Shown one piece after another: positions 1 to 11,029 of a DNA stretch of 57,403 nucleotides; within the stretch, counting starts at the first letter, position 1, and each line of letters starts with the position of its first letter. Below the pieces are notes generated by a model that ran no database searches, was not told where the DNA came from, and saw only the letters and a program-made list of their open reading frames with translations. Source of the stretch: a virus (lineage: Duplodnaviria; Caudoviricetes); the IMG/VR virus record IMGVR_UViG_3300046170_000265, positions 1-57,403 of that record; one strand, written 5' to 3'. Position numbers and translations under genes: made by a program.

Positions 1-31
1 TTGAGATTTTGGTATTTTGTAATGAATGGAC

Positions 32-80
32 GTGAGGGGCGGCTCGTAAGGAGAGCAAACCGAGCCGTTGCTCCCCTCAC
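32..80 (-). ncRNA. Conserved stem-loop downstream of capsid gene A, loop GUUUGCUCUCCUUA
   Basis: GTGAGGGG/CCCCTCAC and CGGCTCG/CGAGCCG stems; same 12-nt loop core at 42332-42343. Confidence 0.6.
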
Positions 81-100
81 TCCAATTGGGTCGTTAACGC

Positions 101-984
101 TTAGGTAAGAGCGTTAATCATTCCACTGCCCTTCTGATTCATGTGCATCAATCCGTATTCCCCGACGACAAAATGTTTCTCGCAGTCGCCTGTTTTAGCA
201 AACAGTGAGAGAACGGACGCAGGACGGCAGAACGCCACATTGACGGATCAAGCAGGAACGCATGGTCAGTCATCTGGTGGCGGTTAAGGACAGTCTTGTA
301 AGTTCCAAATGGCCCAACGTAGACATCAACCGCTGCTGTAAGCGTTTTGTTGTCATCGTTGAACGTCCGGTTCCGACCGACGCTGGTGAAGTTTGACACA
401 ATGATTGCGTCTGCGGGCTTGATCATCAGATCGTTGGTCTGCACCTTCGTTGAAACACTTCTGCCCAAGTTGAGCAGCATTGTTTCTGTAAGTGCAGCTG
501 TACCACCGGCTTCGGTAGTTGCAGCATCGATCAGCTGATCACAGCTGTCCATCTCACGGGCTACAGGTGTAGCTGAGTTGTTACCAGCTACCTGTGCGTT
601 TGATGCGCCGATCATAGCGTGTTCTAAATCCCTTTTGATGGATTTTAGCGCACGACCAAGGGCGTATGCGGTGTCTTTTGCACGTCCGTATGTCGAAGTA
701 ACATCAGCCGTGGCGGCCACCTGGAAAGCCTCTGTCAGGATCTGAGTTGTCCCGCTGAGCATTGTTGTTGGGGTCAACGCATTGATTGTTGCGTCTGCAC
801 CTTCAACCTGTGCGTTGGACGCCGGGCTGCGAAGCGCATCAGATTGGTATTGATACACACGGTTGTGTACCTTCTGCGATTTCATCATCGAGAAGAATGG
901 TGTGTCAAAGGGTGTAATATCGGTAATGATGTCCGAGACATCTTCTTTCTGGCCGATACTTTCGTATGAGGTAAATGTACTCAT
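101..984 (-). CDS. Major capsid protein A (SU10/DUF5309-like), apparent frameshift near 205
   Basis: EDVSDIITDITPFDTPF and ALKSIKRDLE motifs; homologous to 42369-43259; a C-terminus matching copy B (HFVVGEYGLMHMNQKGSGMINALT) continues in another frame. Confidence 0.9.
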
Positions 985-1014
985 GGTATTGTATTCCTTC
1001 TTTTTTCGTTGGGA

Positions 1015-2075
1015 TTATGCTTCCCAGCGTTTTAAGAAGACGTCAGCAATATCATCCATGTCACTCCCACCATTGGCGCGAAGTTTCGCCAGCTGCTTGT
1101 CCACGTCAGATCGTTTCTGATCTGCTTGGTTTGCCGGTGCCTTCTTAGATCGAAGAACCTTTTGCTTGGCTGCTGATTTCTTTTTCTTCACTGTGCTTAC
1201 CTTCTTTGCTTCGTCATATAGTCGTGCCTTGTGGATTAGTAACACCACTGCCGGATCGACATATTGGTTCACGTCATTTTCGGGTAAGCCTTGGGCAATT
1301 GCGTAATGACGGATGTCATTGTAAAGCGCATTGCTCCAATCGGGGATTTGCTCTTGTAGGACTTTCACACATTCTACTGCTGCAGTTTTCTGCATCTCAG
1401 CTTGTTGTGCCTTCAGTCCACCGTAGTAGCTATCAGCTTCTTCGGTTAGGAATTGCAGGTTCTGGTAGGCGTCCTGAGCTTCTTTGCGAAGCGCAGCAAA
1501 GTCTTCCGTAGACATTTCCTTGGCCGCCACAAGCATATCGATTTTCTGATACGGCTCGTAGCGTTCTTGAGCTTGTTGGACCAGTTTATCAAAGACAACC
1601 TGGCTTTTTGATATTGCGTCTTCAGCTTCTTTACGCTGCGTAGCAACTTCTTGAGACTTTCGAGTAAGGCTTTTGTCCATCCCATAAAGACGTTTGAGAT
1701 CACGAATTGATGTCTGATGTGCTTTACCATCGACCATGATTTCGACTTCAGTGTCGTCAGAGAGTTCAACAGCATCGCTGTCATCGTCTTCATCAGTCTC
1801 TTCATCGACTTCAGTGTCTTGGTCAGCATCCTCTTCAGAGTCGCTTTCATCATCGTCAGTATCTTCATCGGTGGTTTCTTCCTCATCATTCTCCAGATCA
1901 TCGTCTGTCGTCTCTTCTAATTCATCGATGGCTGGAGTTGCCTCTGGTGTGTCTTCAGATAGCTTTTCAGCGTCTGCCCAACGCGCCAGAGATGGCGTCT
2001 TCCCAGTTACCGTCGTTCGAGTTCCTGAGAGTGCCCTCTTTCTGCGTGAGGTGTTTCATCTTGGACGTCGTTCAT
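1015..2075 (-). CDS. Capsid scaffolding protein A, frameshift near 1990
   Basis: Acidic N-terminal half, coiled coil LTRKSQEVA, position between portal and capsid, homolog at 43289-44321. Confidence 0.8.
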
Positions 2076-2083
2076 GATGGTCC

Positions 2084-2371
2084 TCACTCTTCTCCTCTCT
2101 GATTGTTGTCATCGTTTGCGGCTTCACTGGCTGATCGATCTCTGTCTTCGACTTGGACACGCTGTTGTCAGTGTCCCGAAACGATATCGACCAGTGCGCG
2201 ATAATGTTGATGTGCCTTTTCCCGGGCGTCGCTTTCCTCTGGTTTTGAGTTAGCGAACGCCTGGAAAGTGGCATCAACGAGTTGGTTTACGGTCGAGTTA
2301 AAGGCTTCTGCAGCGAGTAGTTTTTCCGCTGCAATGCCCTGCTCGACCAACTTCATTTGTTGGTCTTCCAT
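2084..2371 (-). CDS. Small conserved head-module protein; end approximate, frameshift near 2170
   Basis: AAGGAG RBS; homolog at 44314-44599 (FNS.VN.LV...FQ.F.NSKPEE). Confidence 0.7.
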
Positions 2372-2392
2372 CTATTTTCTCCTTGGGGAAAG

Positions 2393-4423
2393 TTAACCCG
2401 TGGGACTTGCGATCCCACGGACTTCAGTTGAATTGCGCTTGAGGATCTCGAGTTCGCCCTCATCGATGCGCTTCTTGAACTCAAACTGAGCTTCTTTCAG
2501 ATCCATGTTGTCGGACTGAAGTGCGTGTGAAGCTGCTGACTTCTCACGGTCCAGCTCAATCTTTCGCTGCTGCCAGCTGTGCGTCTGTCTGAGCTTTCAT
2601 CTCAGCAACTGCAATCTGACGTTCCTGCAGCTCCATCTGCTTCTGAGCCATCTGTGCTTGCATCTCTGCAGCTGGGTCAGGCTGAGGCGGCTGGAGTTGT
2701 TCTGGTGGTGTCAGATATTCCTCGACATTCAGGATGCCCTGCTGCTCGAGGATGCTTTTGAGCATCGCATATCTGTTTTCCAGGCCGTACATCGGCTGGA
2801 TGGTCGGGTCCTGGCTGAACATACTGTGGAGCGACAGCATCTTTTGTGCTTCGCGGTCCTGTTCGCCATAGCCGAGTTTCAGCTCGACCATCACGTCGCG
2901 CTTGTCTGTCCAGGATCTTGGGTCGACCTGGACGTAAGCACCGGCCAGCTCCACGATACGCTCTTGGTCTTCGTTCTCGACGACCAGGCGGTAGATTTCG
3001 TGGAATAGCGGTTTCACAAACTGATTAGCAAAGTTACGAGCGATGATCTTCTGGCGCTGCTGGGACATTGTTGCCAGCTGCTCGACCATAGCTGCGCTGT
3101 TCTGCTTACTGATGGCGTCCTTGTTCAGACCCTGGGACAGTCGGCTGACGCCGGTATTATCCTCGAGGTCCTGGTCCAGCTGCGTCAGCGTCTGGAACAC
3201 GAATGGGTTCAACGGCGCTTGTGGCATTGGCGATATGGCGTCCGGACGTGAAACATTGACCAGGCCGCCTACCCGATTGTCGATTAGCTCGCGTGGGTTT
3301 GTAAGACCACCTTTGACCACCATGTATCTCGGGTTGTTTGTGATCATGGCGTGATCGAGGATTGAGCGAGTTAAGACAGTTCGAGCGTTCTGTGTAGCGC
3401 ACAGCTTCTCCGCAAAGTTGGAACCATAAAATGCGTGGGGTATCGGTAGCGGGCAGAATGTGATGAAAGGCCGCCTTTGGACTTCCTCAACATCAAGCAG
3501 CACGTTACCGGCCTTGATGACCTTGTGTAGGGTCGCCATGCCCGTGCCTTCGACATCGAGCATGATGTAGGCTTCGTAGCACATGATATACCGGACCTGG
3601 TCCTGGTATCCGTGGCTGCTGAAAGCCTCTATTCTCATTTCACACCGTCGTGACGAGCCAGGATCTCTGGATCTGTCTCGAACTCGATGTCTTCTGAGCT
3701 GCCGATATCCTCGAGGTTTGCATCTGGGAACATCTCCCGCAGCTCGGTCATGGTCTTGCGGGTTCTGTGTGCGCAGAAGTTGCTGTCAGGCAAACTCTTG
3801 CATTGCGCCTCTACGATGAACTCTTCTGGCGGGATAGTCTCAACCATCACCTGGGACGTGTCCCTGGCGATGCCGATCGTACCGGACACCATGCCGAGAT
3901 CATCTGTCTCACTGTCGATCAGCTCGACATCATCCTGTGCCAGGAGCATGTCCAGCTCGTCCTGGGTGATGTTCTCAAATTCCTCGAGGTCAGTGGCTTC
4001 GCTTTGCTGCCAGAAAACCTTGGCTACGCCCACCCTGGCCATCAGGCCGTCGTGGATTACCTGGCTGAATACGTCGAAGCCGTCATTCTGACGGAACAGG
4101 ACATAGTCGGTGTAGGAAGAACATACAGCTGCTGTCTGCACGTCCTCTGGACCTTGTGGTGCGAATTTGACGATGCGGTTACCCGCAGCAAAGGTTTCCA
4201 GGAGGGCAGCTTGCATAGACTGGACGGCGTTATACACGTCCTGGCTCACATACTTGCTGTTTCCATCGTGCGCCGGTCTCGGCAGCTTGGCCTGGTAGTA
4301 TTCCTGGACCTTTTTGCGTTCCCTGGACAGCTGACTGTCGTAATAGCCAACCGAGGTTTTGATATTATCCTCGACGAGCTTCACGATCTCGCTGTCGTCG
4401 AGCTTTCGATAATCTGTTTTCAT
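2393..4423 (-). CDS. Portal protein A, split by frameshifts near 3640 and 2560
   Basis: ORFs 3635-4486 and 2556-3638 join into one portal-like protein (SKYVSQDV, IPPEEF, RRPFITFCPLPIPH) ending IASPTG like copy B. Confidence 0.9.
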
Positions 4424-4427
4424 TCGG

Positions 4428-6005
4428 TTATACCATTTCAATGTAGAGGTCAGCTGGGACATCGACCGGCTCCCAAGCCCCTTCATGGACGTGGTTTGCT
4501 AGTGCGAGTGACATGACGCAGTCGTCGAAGCAGCTGGCTTCGGCTTCCATCGCTCCACTTTCGGTAACGATGTAGGTCAACATCTCTCGGATGGTCGTGC
4601 GGTCATTGAGTTCGAGTTCGCCCTCGCGCATCGAGGCGCGTAACTGGTCTATTACCAGGGGCTTTGTTTTGGCTGTCGTTGTGAAGCCAAGTTTGACTGT
4701 TTCTCGATCAGTCAGCTTGTCGATTTGGACTTCGGTGTAGAAGTTTGGGTAAGCCATATCCTTACCGAGCCTGGTGCAGGTCAGTATTCCGTGGCTGTTG
4801 TTTTCCACGATGATGAAGGCTTCGTTGTAATATTCGCCGAGTGCATACAGGATTTCCGCGAAATAATCGGGGTGAACCTGTCCTCGCCAAGTGGCAACTT
4901 GCCTTTTCTTCGAGTCCAGAACCTGGGCAACTGACCAGTCTCCATTTCGCACACCCATAGCAACGTCTGCCCCAATGACATAGCGTTCTCCTGGGTCGTG
5001 ATTGATGTAGGTTGTCAGCTCCCCTCGCCGGTTATGCACAAACTCGTCGGCCTCGAGGGCCAGGCGTTCCTGTACATCCCTAGCTTCTGTCAGGCACTCC
5101 TGCAGCTGCTCGGGGTTGAATACGGGTCGACCGGTGGTCAGGAAGGCTTCTTCTGGCTCTGCAGGGTACTCTTGTCGCCATAGATCGACACCATTCTGGG
5201 CAATCTTTCGACGACGGAACATCAGCTGCTCATCATCCAGGTCGTATTTCTCGACCAGCTCATCTTCTTCTGGTGTTCGTTCGAAATTAGCCGGTACTGG
5301 CTCCCTGTAGTCGCTGTCGGTGAACCAGGGTATGAACACTGGCACATAGCCGTTACGGCCCTCCACTGCCCCTTTCCAGAGGTCGTAAAAGGCTCCTGTG
5401 ACACCGTTGGCGGTGCTTTCGACGAATACAGCTGTGCCTGGCGTGTTTGGCACTGCCTGGGTGAGGCCGTTCCATATCTCGAGTGCCGTGCTTTTCGGCC
5501 AGAACGCTAGCTCCGACGCATGGACGTGAGTGAGCGTTTCACCTCGGCCAACGCTGTCGCCACCCGCTGTCGCAACGACGAAACTTGAGTCAAGAACATC
5601 GAAAGACAACTCTCGTCGGCTGCTGTACTTGGTGTGCGGCCTAAGTATCTCGGGACAGTTTTCATGATACCTCTTTGTCATATCAAAAAGCGCACGGGTG
5701 CTATCGGCGTGGTGTGTAATGACCATCGCCTTCTTGGCTTTTTGTTGGGAAACGGAGTGGTAAAGATAGCCACCAGTGTAGGTGGACAATCCTTGCTGAC
5801 GAGCTTTGAGGATAATGACACGAACCTTGCCCTCGGCCTCAATTTGCTTCGTCACTGCATCATGCAGGATTTGCTGCGCTGCGTTGAGTTTCAGCGGCGC
5901 AATCTCACCTGCCTTGGTGCGGATCTTTAATGCGGATTTACTGTAGAAAGCGAAGTCATCGTACAGGCGTTTTCTAACCTGCTGTAGTTTCGGGTCCATC
6001 GTCAT
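4428..6005 (-). CDS. terL: Terminase large subunit A
   Basis: ILKARQQGLST Walker A, HASE Walker B, ESTANG coupling motif, GADVAMG nuclease motif, DDCVMSLALA. Confidence 0.95.
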   Translation of the reverse strand: MTMDPKLQQVRKRLYDDFAFYSKSALKIRTKAGEIAPLKLNAAQQILHDAVTKQIEAEGKVRVIILKARQQGLSTYTGGYLYHSVSQQKAKKAMVITHHADSTRALFDMTKRYHENCPEILRPHTKYSSRRELSFDVLDSSFVVATAGGDSVGRGETLTHVHASELAFWPKSTALEIWNGLTQAVPNTPGTAVFVESTANGVTGAFYDLWKGAVEGRNGYVPVFIPWFTDSDYREPVPANFERTPEEDELVEKYDLDDEQLMFRRRKIAQNGVDLWRQEYPAEPEEAFLTTGRPVFNPEQLQECLTEARDVQERLALEADEFVHNRRGELTTYINHDPGERYVIGADVAMGVRNGDWSVAQVLDSKKRQVATWRGQVHPDYFAEILYALGEYYNEAFIIVENNSHGILTCTRLGKDMAYPNFYTEVQIDKLTDRETVKLGFTTTAKTKPLVIDQLRASMREGELELNDRTTIREMLTYIVTESGAMEAEASCFDDCVMSLALANHVHEGAWEPVDVPADLYIEMV

Positions 6006-6462
6006 TTACCAATAAGCTGCTTAGGAACTCTTCGGCCTTGCCGATAGTCACTTCCTGTTTTGCCGCTGGGCGGGATTTCGTAAAATCTAACACCAATCTA
6101 GCTGCTGCTAGGCGTTCCCTGGTCTCGCCTGGGACACGCATGACCTCGACCGCAGTGGTCAAAGCCTCTTTGGCGTAGTCGTCTTGGATGTCGTATTTTT
6201 CAGTCATGATTTTCACCAGTTGTTGTGCTTCCTTTTTTGCCTCAGCCCTAATGGGTTCGATCTGAGACTTTCTGTATCCGTCAGGTGTGCCTTTTGGGCG
6301 ACCTGGGTTCTTGCGTGGTTTGGTTGACCACTGTCGTCGTAATTCACGACCCTCCGGGGTTTCCATGAGGGTCGCGAAGTAATTTTTCTTTGGTGCTTTG
6401 TGTGGAGCCTTGCCTTGACCTTTGGTCGAAGGCGATTTGGCCCTCGCTTTACGCTGGGTCAC
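5974..6462 (-). CDS. terS: Probable terminase small subunit A
   Basis: Directly upstream of and overlapping terL; basic N-terminus with GRPKG; homolog at 48191-48704. Confidence 0.7.
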   Translation of the reverse strand: MTQRKARAKSPSTKGQGKAPHKAPKKNYFATLMETPEGRELRRQWSTKPRKNPGRPKGTPDGYRKSQIEPIRAEAKKEAQQLVKIMTEKYDIQDDYAKEALTTAVEVMRVPGETRERLAAARLVLDFTKSRPAAKQEVTIGKAEEFLSSLLVNDDGPETTAG

Positions 6463-9400
6463 GCTGATAACGCTCCTTGTCCTAGAGTAAGTGCGCCTTG
6501 CTTTTCTTCTTCTTCGCCTTCAGCAACCAGCATATTTGCCATGATGGCAGCTAGTAAGGCTGCAAGAGGCATACTGTAGAGGGTGAAAACATCACCCCCA
6601 TTAAGCACCTCACGAAGCAGCTTTGCTGTCTTCGGCATCTGCTGTTTGGTCATTTTAGGGTCAAAGAAGTAAGCTGCGACTGGATCAGCCGACATTTCAT
6701 GAGGGGTTTGAAGGTAGTTTTCTTCAAAGTCGATCAAAGCCAGCTCATTCATTTGCGCCAGGTCATTACGCCCCGCTGCTTGCTGTCTGGTGATCGCTGC
6801 ACCCATTTCATCGTAGGACGGGCGTACTTTTTCACTTGTGCCATCTGGCATCGTGAGTGCGCCGGTTCTCTGGAAACGGATGATCTCATCGATGATGTCT
6901 TGGGCATCCTGTTGAGTATAGCCCTTGCGACCATCTTTACCGGTGACAGCAAAATCCATCATTGAAGCAAGTATGTCTCGGAAAGTGCCTCTGTAGACGT
7001 TCCCTACCGCAATTGGTTTCCCATCAACGGGGCGTCTGTAGGTCATTTTGCGTGATGTAGGAGCACCTTCTGGTGTGCCGGGTAAGAACCTACCCTCAAC
7101 GCCATGACCGATTTCGTGTAAACCAGCGAACAATGAACCTAATGGAGTAACTGTCTCATCCGGGTTTCGCTTGTTCTGATAAGGCTTTAAAACGCCAATC
7201 GTTTTGGCTACCACTTCACCGCTGATGCGGCTGCGGGTCATTTCTCTTGGGTCAGATGGACCTTGAGCTGCACCTACAGTGAAGCCCTTGCCCAAAGATT
7301 TTTTCCCGAAAACCTTGGCTAATTCACTTTTGTTTGTGACGAGATGAAACGCCAGATTTAAGGCTTTCGCCAGTTTTTGGGCTGTCTCAACATCTTTGAT
7401 GCCGTTTTCGTATTGAGAACCGGGTTTACCGATCTCAAACATAACTTGAGCAAGCTGCTGTGTTTCGCGTACCTCTTCAGGCTGCGCTGGCCTTGATCCT
7501 ACTGAAGGGCGGGTTTGATATTGTAATCCACTATCAGTTCTTCGCTGGCCGAAGTCGAGGGAGAGCTGTTTGCTTTGTTCAATTGACGCTGGTGCATCAT
7601 TCGTTCCGCTTCCAGCTTGCCCTGAAGCAATTCTTGCGTCTCTATCCGCATATGCCACGGCTTCTGTTGCTCTGAAGGCTTCTGCGCCTTCGGAGAATTT
7701 TTCGTAGATGAGGTTCGCGCCGAGGTCATTGTATAACTCCTGTTCGTATGCCCAAAGTATAGCCTGTGCAGACTGTGGTGTCACCCCAAGGTTTTCACCT
7801 ACTCTGGTAAACAAATCTTTCATTGTTGGGCGTTCTAATTCAGTTGGTGCATCGACCAATCCAGAGCCTTCCAGCTTTGGATCAGCTAACAAACCACCAG
7901 TGTGTCGTCTTACTGTTCTACTAGCCCACAAATCGACTGTGACTTCATGGATACCGTTAAGGTTCATGTAGAAAGGGCCAACTTTCGGTCCAAACAATTG
8001 GATGGCTGGAACAACAGCGTTTTTTCCGCCTTTGATCTTGCCTTGCGGCCCATAACCAGCCTCTTTACGCATTGCGTCAATTTCAGCTTTGGTTTTTGTG
8101 CTGTTAAGCCAGCTTATTGTCTCATTAAGGCCACGGGTGTTGAGCATATGGCGAAGAATGTAAAGTCCTGGCTCAATTGATCCAGCCTTCTGACCTAATA
8201 GTTTACCAGTGACTGGATTAACAAGGCGTTCTTCAAAGCGTTTCCGCTTGTCAGAGTAAATCTGCCCTATTTCACCTAACTCACCTGTTCTGTAGTAGTG
8301 CATGGCTAATGAGCCAGCATAACGCCAGTTAAGTTTTGGCTTTTGACCTACTGATGTGAGGGCAGCGAGTAGAAGAAACAGCTGCCTGTGATCAGGTGTC
8401 TTGTTGATTTCTGGTAACACTTCAGCAGTCGTTGCGATTGCCTCGCGAATGTCATTGTCATACCAATGCGCTGCATCAGGTGTTTTGTCTGACTGAAATT
8501 GCGCCTCTTTGGTCATTTCATCAGCGACGGTCTCAAAGTCACCAGCATCGTTGTAAGGGTCAAGGTCACGACCAAAACGCTGGTTCTGCTCATTCATCAA
8601 TTCTTCACCGATTTCACGGTGCTTTCGTCTTGGTGGAGCAGTCTCAGGTGAGCGGAGGTCAACAAAATAGTTGATGTCTTCATCTTGGCTAGTGTCGAGG
8701 ATGCCATCACGGTAAATGTTTGGACCGGATTTACGCCGTTTTGCCTGTGCTTGATCTTGCTGTTCCTGAACACGATCGACATATGGGCCGAGGTAAGCAG
8801 CTGCGCTAAGTTTGTCAGCGGCTTGATCTACTGCGTTATCAAGGATGTTATTTGCTGTCCGAACTGGGTCGCTGCCCAGATTGCCAGCCATGTTATCGAG
8901 AGCAGATGTGATGATGTCTTTGTCGTCCTGGTTTAAATCAGGATCGGTCTTAACATCCATCTTGATGCCATCGACAAACGTGCGGTTTGCTAGGATACCA
9001 CGCTGGTAGCCAGGTGACTCGTAACCGACTGTGCCTCGCGCAGGTGCTACACCTGGAACGTATGCACCGGGCCGGGTTGAGTACTTGCCTGGATTACGTT
9101 CAACCTCACCGGCTACTGCCCTTGCTAACTCTGGAAGTGCATCAGCGTAGGTTCCATCGGTCAGCATTTTACGGTAGCTGGCGATTTCTGGTGCAAGCTG
9201 TGGAACTGTTCGCTCCAACTCAGCAAGCACTTCTTTGACGCCTTCCCGTGTAAGACCAGTCGCCTTAAACATCACCGCTTCTGGCGATTGCTGTTGGGCA
9301 TCCGGGTCCATACCAGCTGGAGGGTTGTCTAGTTCGAGGTTTAGTTGGCGAAGTTCAGCTTCGCGCCGTTTCTGGGCTTCGTCCTGGTCGATATTCTGTT

Positions 9401-11006
9401 GACGTAAAGAAGGCAGATCAGGGTCAATAGAAACCCCACCACGGCCTTGGTTGTCGCGAACATATTTGGCAACACGGCTGCGCCGACCTGTTAAAGCATC
9501 GACTGCCCGGCCTGTTCCGACAGCTGCTATTTGTGCAGCTGGGATTGCTGGGTTCAATGTCGCACCAGCAGCTGTACCGATAAGCCTGGTTGGTAATTCG
9601 GCAGCTGAACGTGCAGTGTAGCCTACGTTCGAGCTAAATGGAGACAGCTGGTCAGTGATACGAGACAGGCCGCCAATGTAACCACTGTTGTGTAATCTGG
9701 TTAGTTCATTGCTTTCGCGAAATAGGCGAAGTAACTCTTGGCCTTCTTTTGTGTCGCCAACTAGACGCTCAGTGGCGTTATATTCTTGCTGACCAACAAT
9801 ACTCTTAGTTTTGCTTCTGGCTTCTCGCGTACCCGCTTCAGCTTCTACTTTGTCAGCTACGATTTCAGCTGGATCAAGACGGTCAACTTTCAATCGTTTC
9901 TTGAGATCAGCGATCTTTTGCTTCATCTCACTTGCGATCTGGACGTGAGCCAGGTCAACAGCTTGCCTTGCGCCTTCAGTAGATGTTTTGTCTAAATCCT
10001 TTGTATTAAGATTGTTTGCTTCAATGATGCCATTGAGTCGGTTTGAGAAGTCAGTTGCTGCATCAGGATCGGTTGGGGTGTCATTAGGGCCAATCGCATT
10101 TCCCACTGCTCCTGCAGTATCTAGCGTTGCCCTTGTGCCTCCACCCATTGATGTCCCAAGTACAAAGGAGTCAGTCAGACGGTCTTGAACCTCAGTACCG
10201 GTAAAGTCACCGCCCTGGGCCGCTGTACCTGTCATAACTACAGCGTCTTGTGCAGTTTCAGTAGCACCCTCAGCAAATCCAGCTTTGCTTACACGGCCAG
10301 TAAATGCTTTCGCTGCATCACCAAAACCCTTCTTGGTTAATTCTTCAGCAACTTCAGATGCTGACATTTTGGCAATTTTATCGACTGGGATAACCTTACC
10401 TGCACCAAACTTATCTAGGAAACCGACCAGTGCGCCAATCGATGTGGCGATCTTCGGGTCGTATGATCCAGTTTTCTCTTCTGTATCTAAAGCAGACTCA
10501 CCTGCCCCCATTAGCATAGAGCCACCAGTTACAGCTGCTCCACCGCCAAAGGTTAACCAGGCTGGTGCGCCTAGAAAAGCTGCGGCTGCGACAGCCCCAG
10601 AACCAGCAATTGCTGCTCCACCTGTGGGTGCAGTTTCGAGTAGCTTCTCACCCAATGCAGGGAGGAATGTACCTTTTTCGTAATTTTCGCGAAGGCTACC
10701 AGCGTACTGAGGCTGATAACCACCTTGTGCAATGTCTCTGTCCTGGTTTGCAACTTGGCGTGTACCAAAGTTTTCTATGGCTTCTGATCCAACTAATCGA
10801 CCACCGGCCTCGATGCCCTTACCAATCATCTTCTGCATATTATCGATGCCATATGCAAAAGCACCGTCGCGATCCTGGTTATTGTCTGCCACGCCTTGTG
10901 ATCTGAGTTGCTTGTAGCTGTTCGCCACAGTCTCAAACTCAGGTGTGCCTTGCTTGTTTTGGTTCGCAACGAGCCAATCAGCGTAGGCTGAAAGCCTATC
11001 TGCCAT
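6459..11006 (-). CDS. Large internal virion/ejection protein A (1515 aa), multidomain
   Basis: Ala/Gly-rich hydrophobic N-terminal region, HhH-GPD-like domain, HEIGH motif; last of three ejection-type genes. Confidence 0.75.
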   Translation of the reverse strand: MADRLSAYADWLVANQNKQGTPEFETVANSYKQLRSQGVADNNQDRDGAFAYGIDNMQKMIGKGIEAGGRLVGSEAIENFGTRQVANQDRDIAQGGYQPQYAGSLRENYEKGTFLPALGEKLLETAPTGGAAIAGSGAVAAAAFLGAPAWLTFGGGAAVTGGSMLMGAGESALDTEEKTGSYDPKIATSIGALVGFLDKFGAGKVIPVDKIAKMSASEVAEELTKKGFGDAAKAFTGRVSKAGFAEGATETAQDAVVMTGTAAQGGDFTGTEVQDRLTDSFVLGTSMGGGTRATLDTAGAVGNAIGPNDTPTDPDAATDFSNRLNGIIEANNLNTKDLDKTSTEGARQAVDLAHVQIASEMKQKIADLKKRLKVDRLDPAEIVADKVEAEAGTREARSKTKSIVGQQEYNATERLVGDTKEGQELLRLFRESNELTRLHNSGYIGGLSRITDQLSPFSSNVGYTARSAAELPTRLIGTAAGATLNPAIPAAQIAAVGTGRAVDALTGRRSRVAKYVRDNQGRGGVSIDPDLPSLRQQNIDQDEAQKRREAELRQLNLELDNPPAGMDPDAQQQSPEAVMFKATGLTREGVKEVLAELERTVPQLAPEIASYRKMLTDGTYADALPELARAVAGEVERNPGKYSTRPGAYVPGVAPARGTVGYESPGYQRGILANRTFVDGIKMDVKTDPDLNQDDKDIITSALDNMAGNLGSDPVRTANNILDNAVDQAADKLSAAAYLGPYVDRVQEQQDQAQAKRRKSGPNIYRDGILDTSQDEDINYFVDLRSPETAPPRRKHREIGEELMNEQNQRFGRDLDPYNDAGDFETVADEMTKEAQFQSDKTPDAAHWYDNDIREAIATTAEVLPEINKTPDHRQLFLLLAALTSVGQKPKLNWRYAGSLAMHYYRTGELGEIGQIYSDKRKRFEERLVNPVTGKLLGQKAGSIEPGLYILRHMLNTRGLNETISWLNSTKTKAEIDAMRKEAGYGPQGKIKGGKNAVVPAIQLFGPKVGPFYMNLNGIHEVTVDLWASRTVRRHTGGLLADPKLEGSGLVDAPTELERPTMKDLFTRVGENLGVTPQSAQAILWAYEQELYNDLGANLIYEKFSEGAEAFRATEAVAYADRDARIASGQAGSGTNDAPASIEQSKQLSLDFGQRRTDSGLQYQTRPSVGSRPAQPEEVRETQQLAQVMFEIGKPGSQYENGIKDVETAQKLAKALNLAFHLVTNKSELAKVFGKKSLGKGFTVGAAQGPSDPREMTRSRISGEVVAKTIGVLKPYQNKRNPDETVTPLGSLFAGLHEIGHGVEGRFLPGTPEGAPTSRKMTYRRPVDGKPIAVGNVYRGTFRDILASMMDFAVTGKDGRKGYTQQDAQDIIDEIIRFQRTGALTMPDGTSEKVRPSYDEMGAAITRQQAAGRNDLAQMNELALIDFEENYLQTPHEMSADPVAAYFFDPKMTKQQMPKTAKLLREVLNGGDVFTLYSMPLAALLAAIMANMLVAEGEEEEKQGALTLGQGALSA

Positions 11007-11029
11007 GTTATGACCTCATGATTTTGGTG

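Noticed and set aside
3767-4516. 249-aa plus-strand ORF and similar antisense ORFs such as 17623-18252 and 37728-38243
   Set aside because: They are shadows of well-supported minus-strand genes and show no recognisable motifs.
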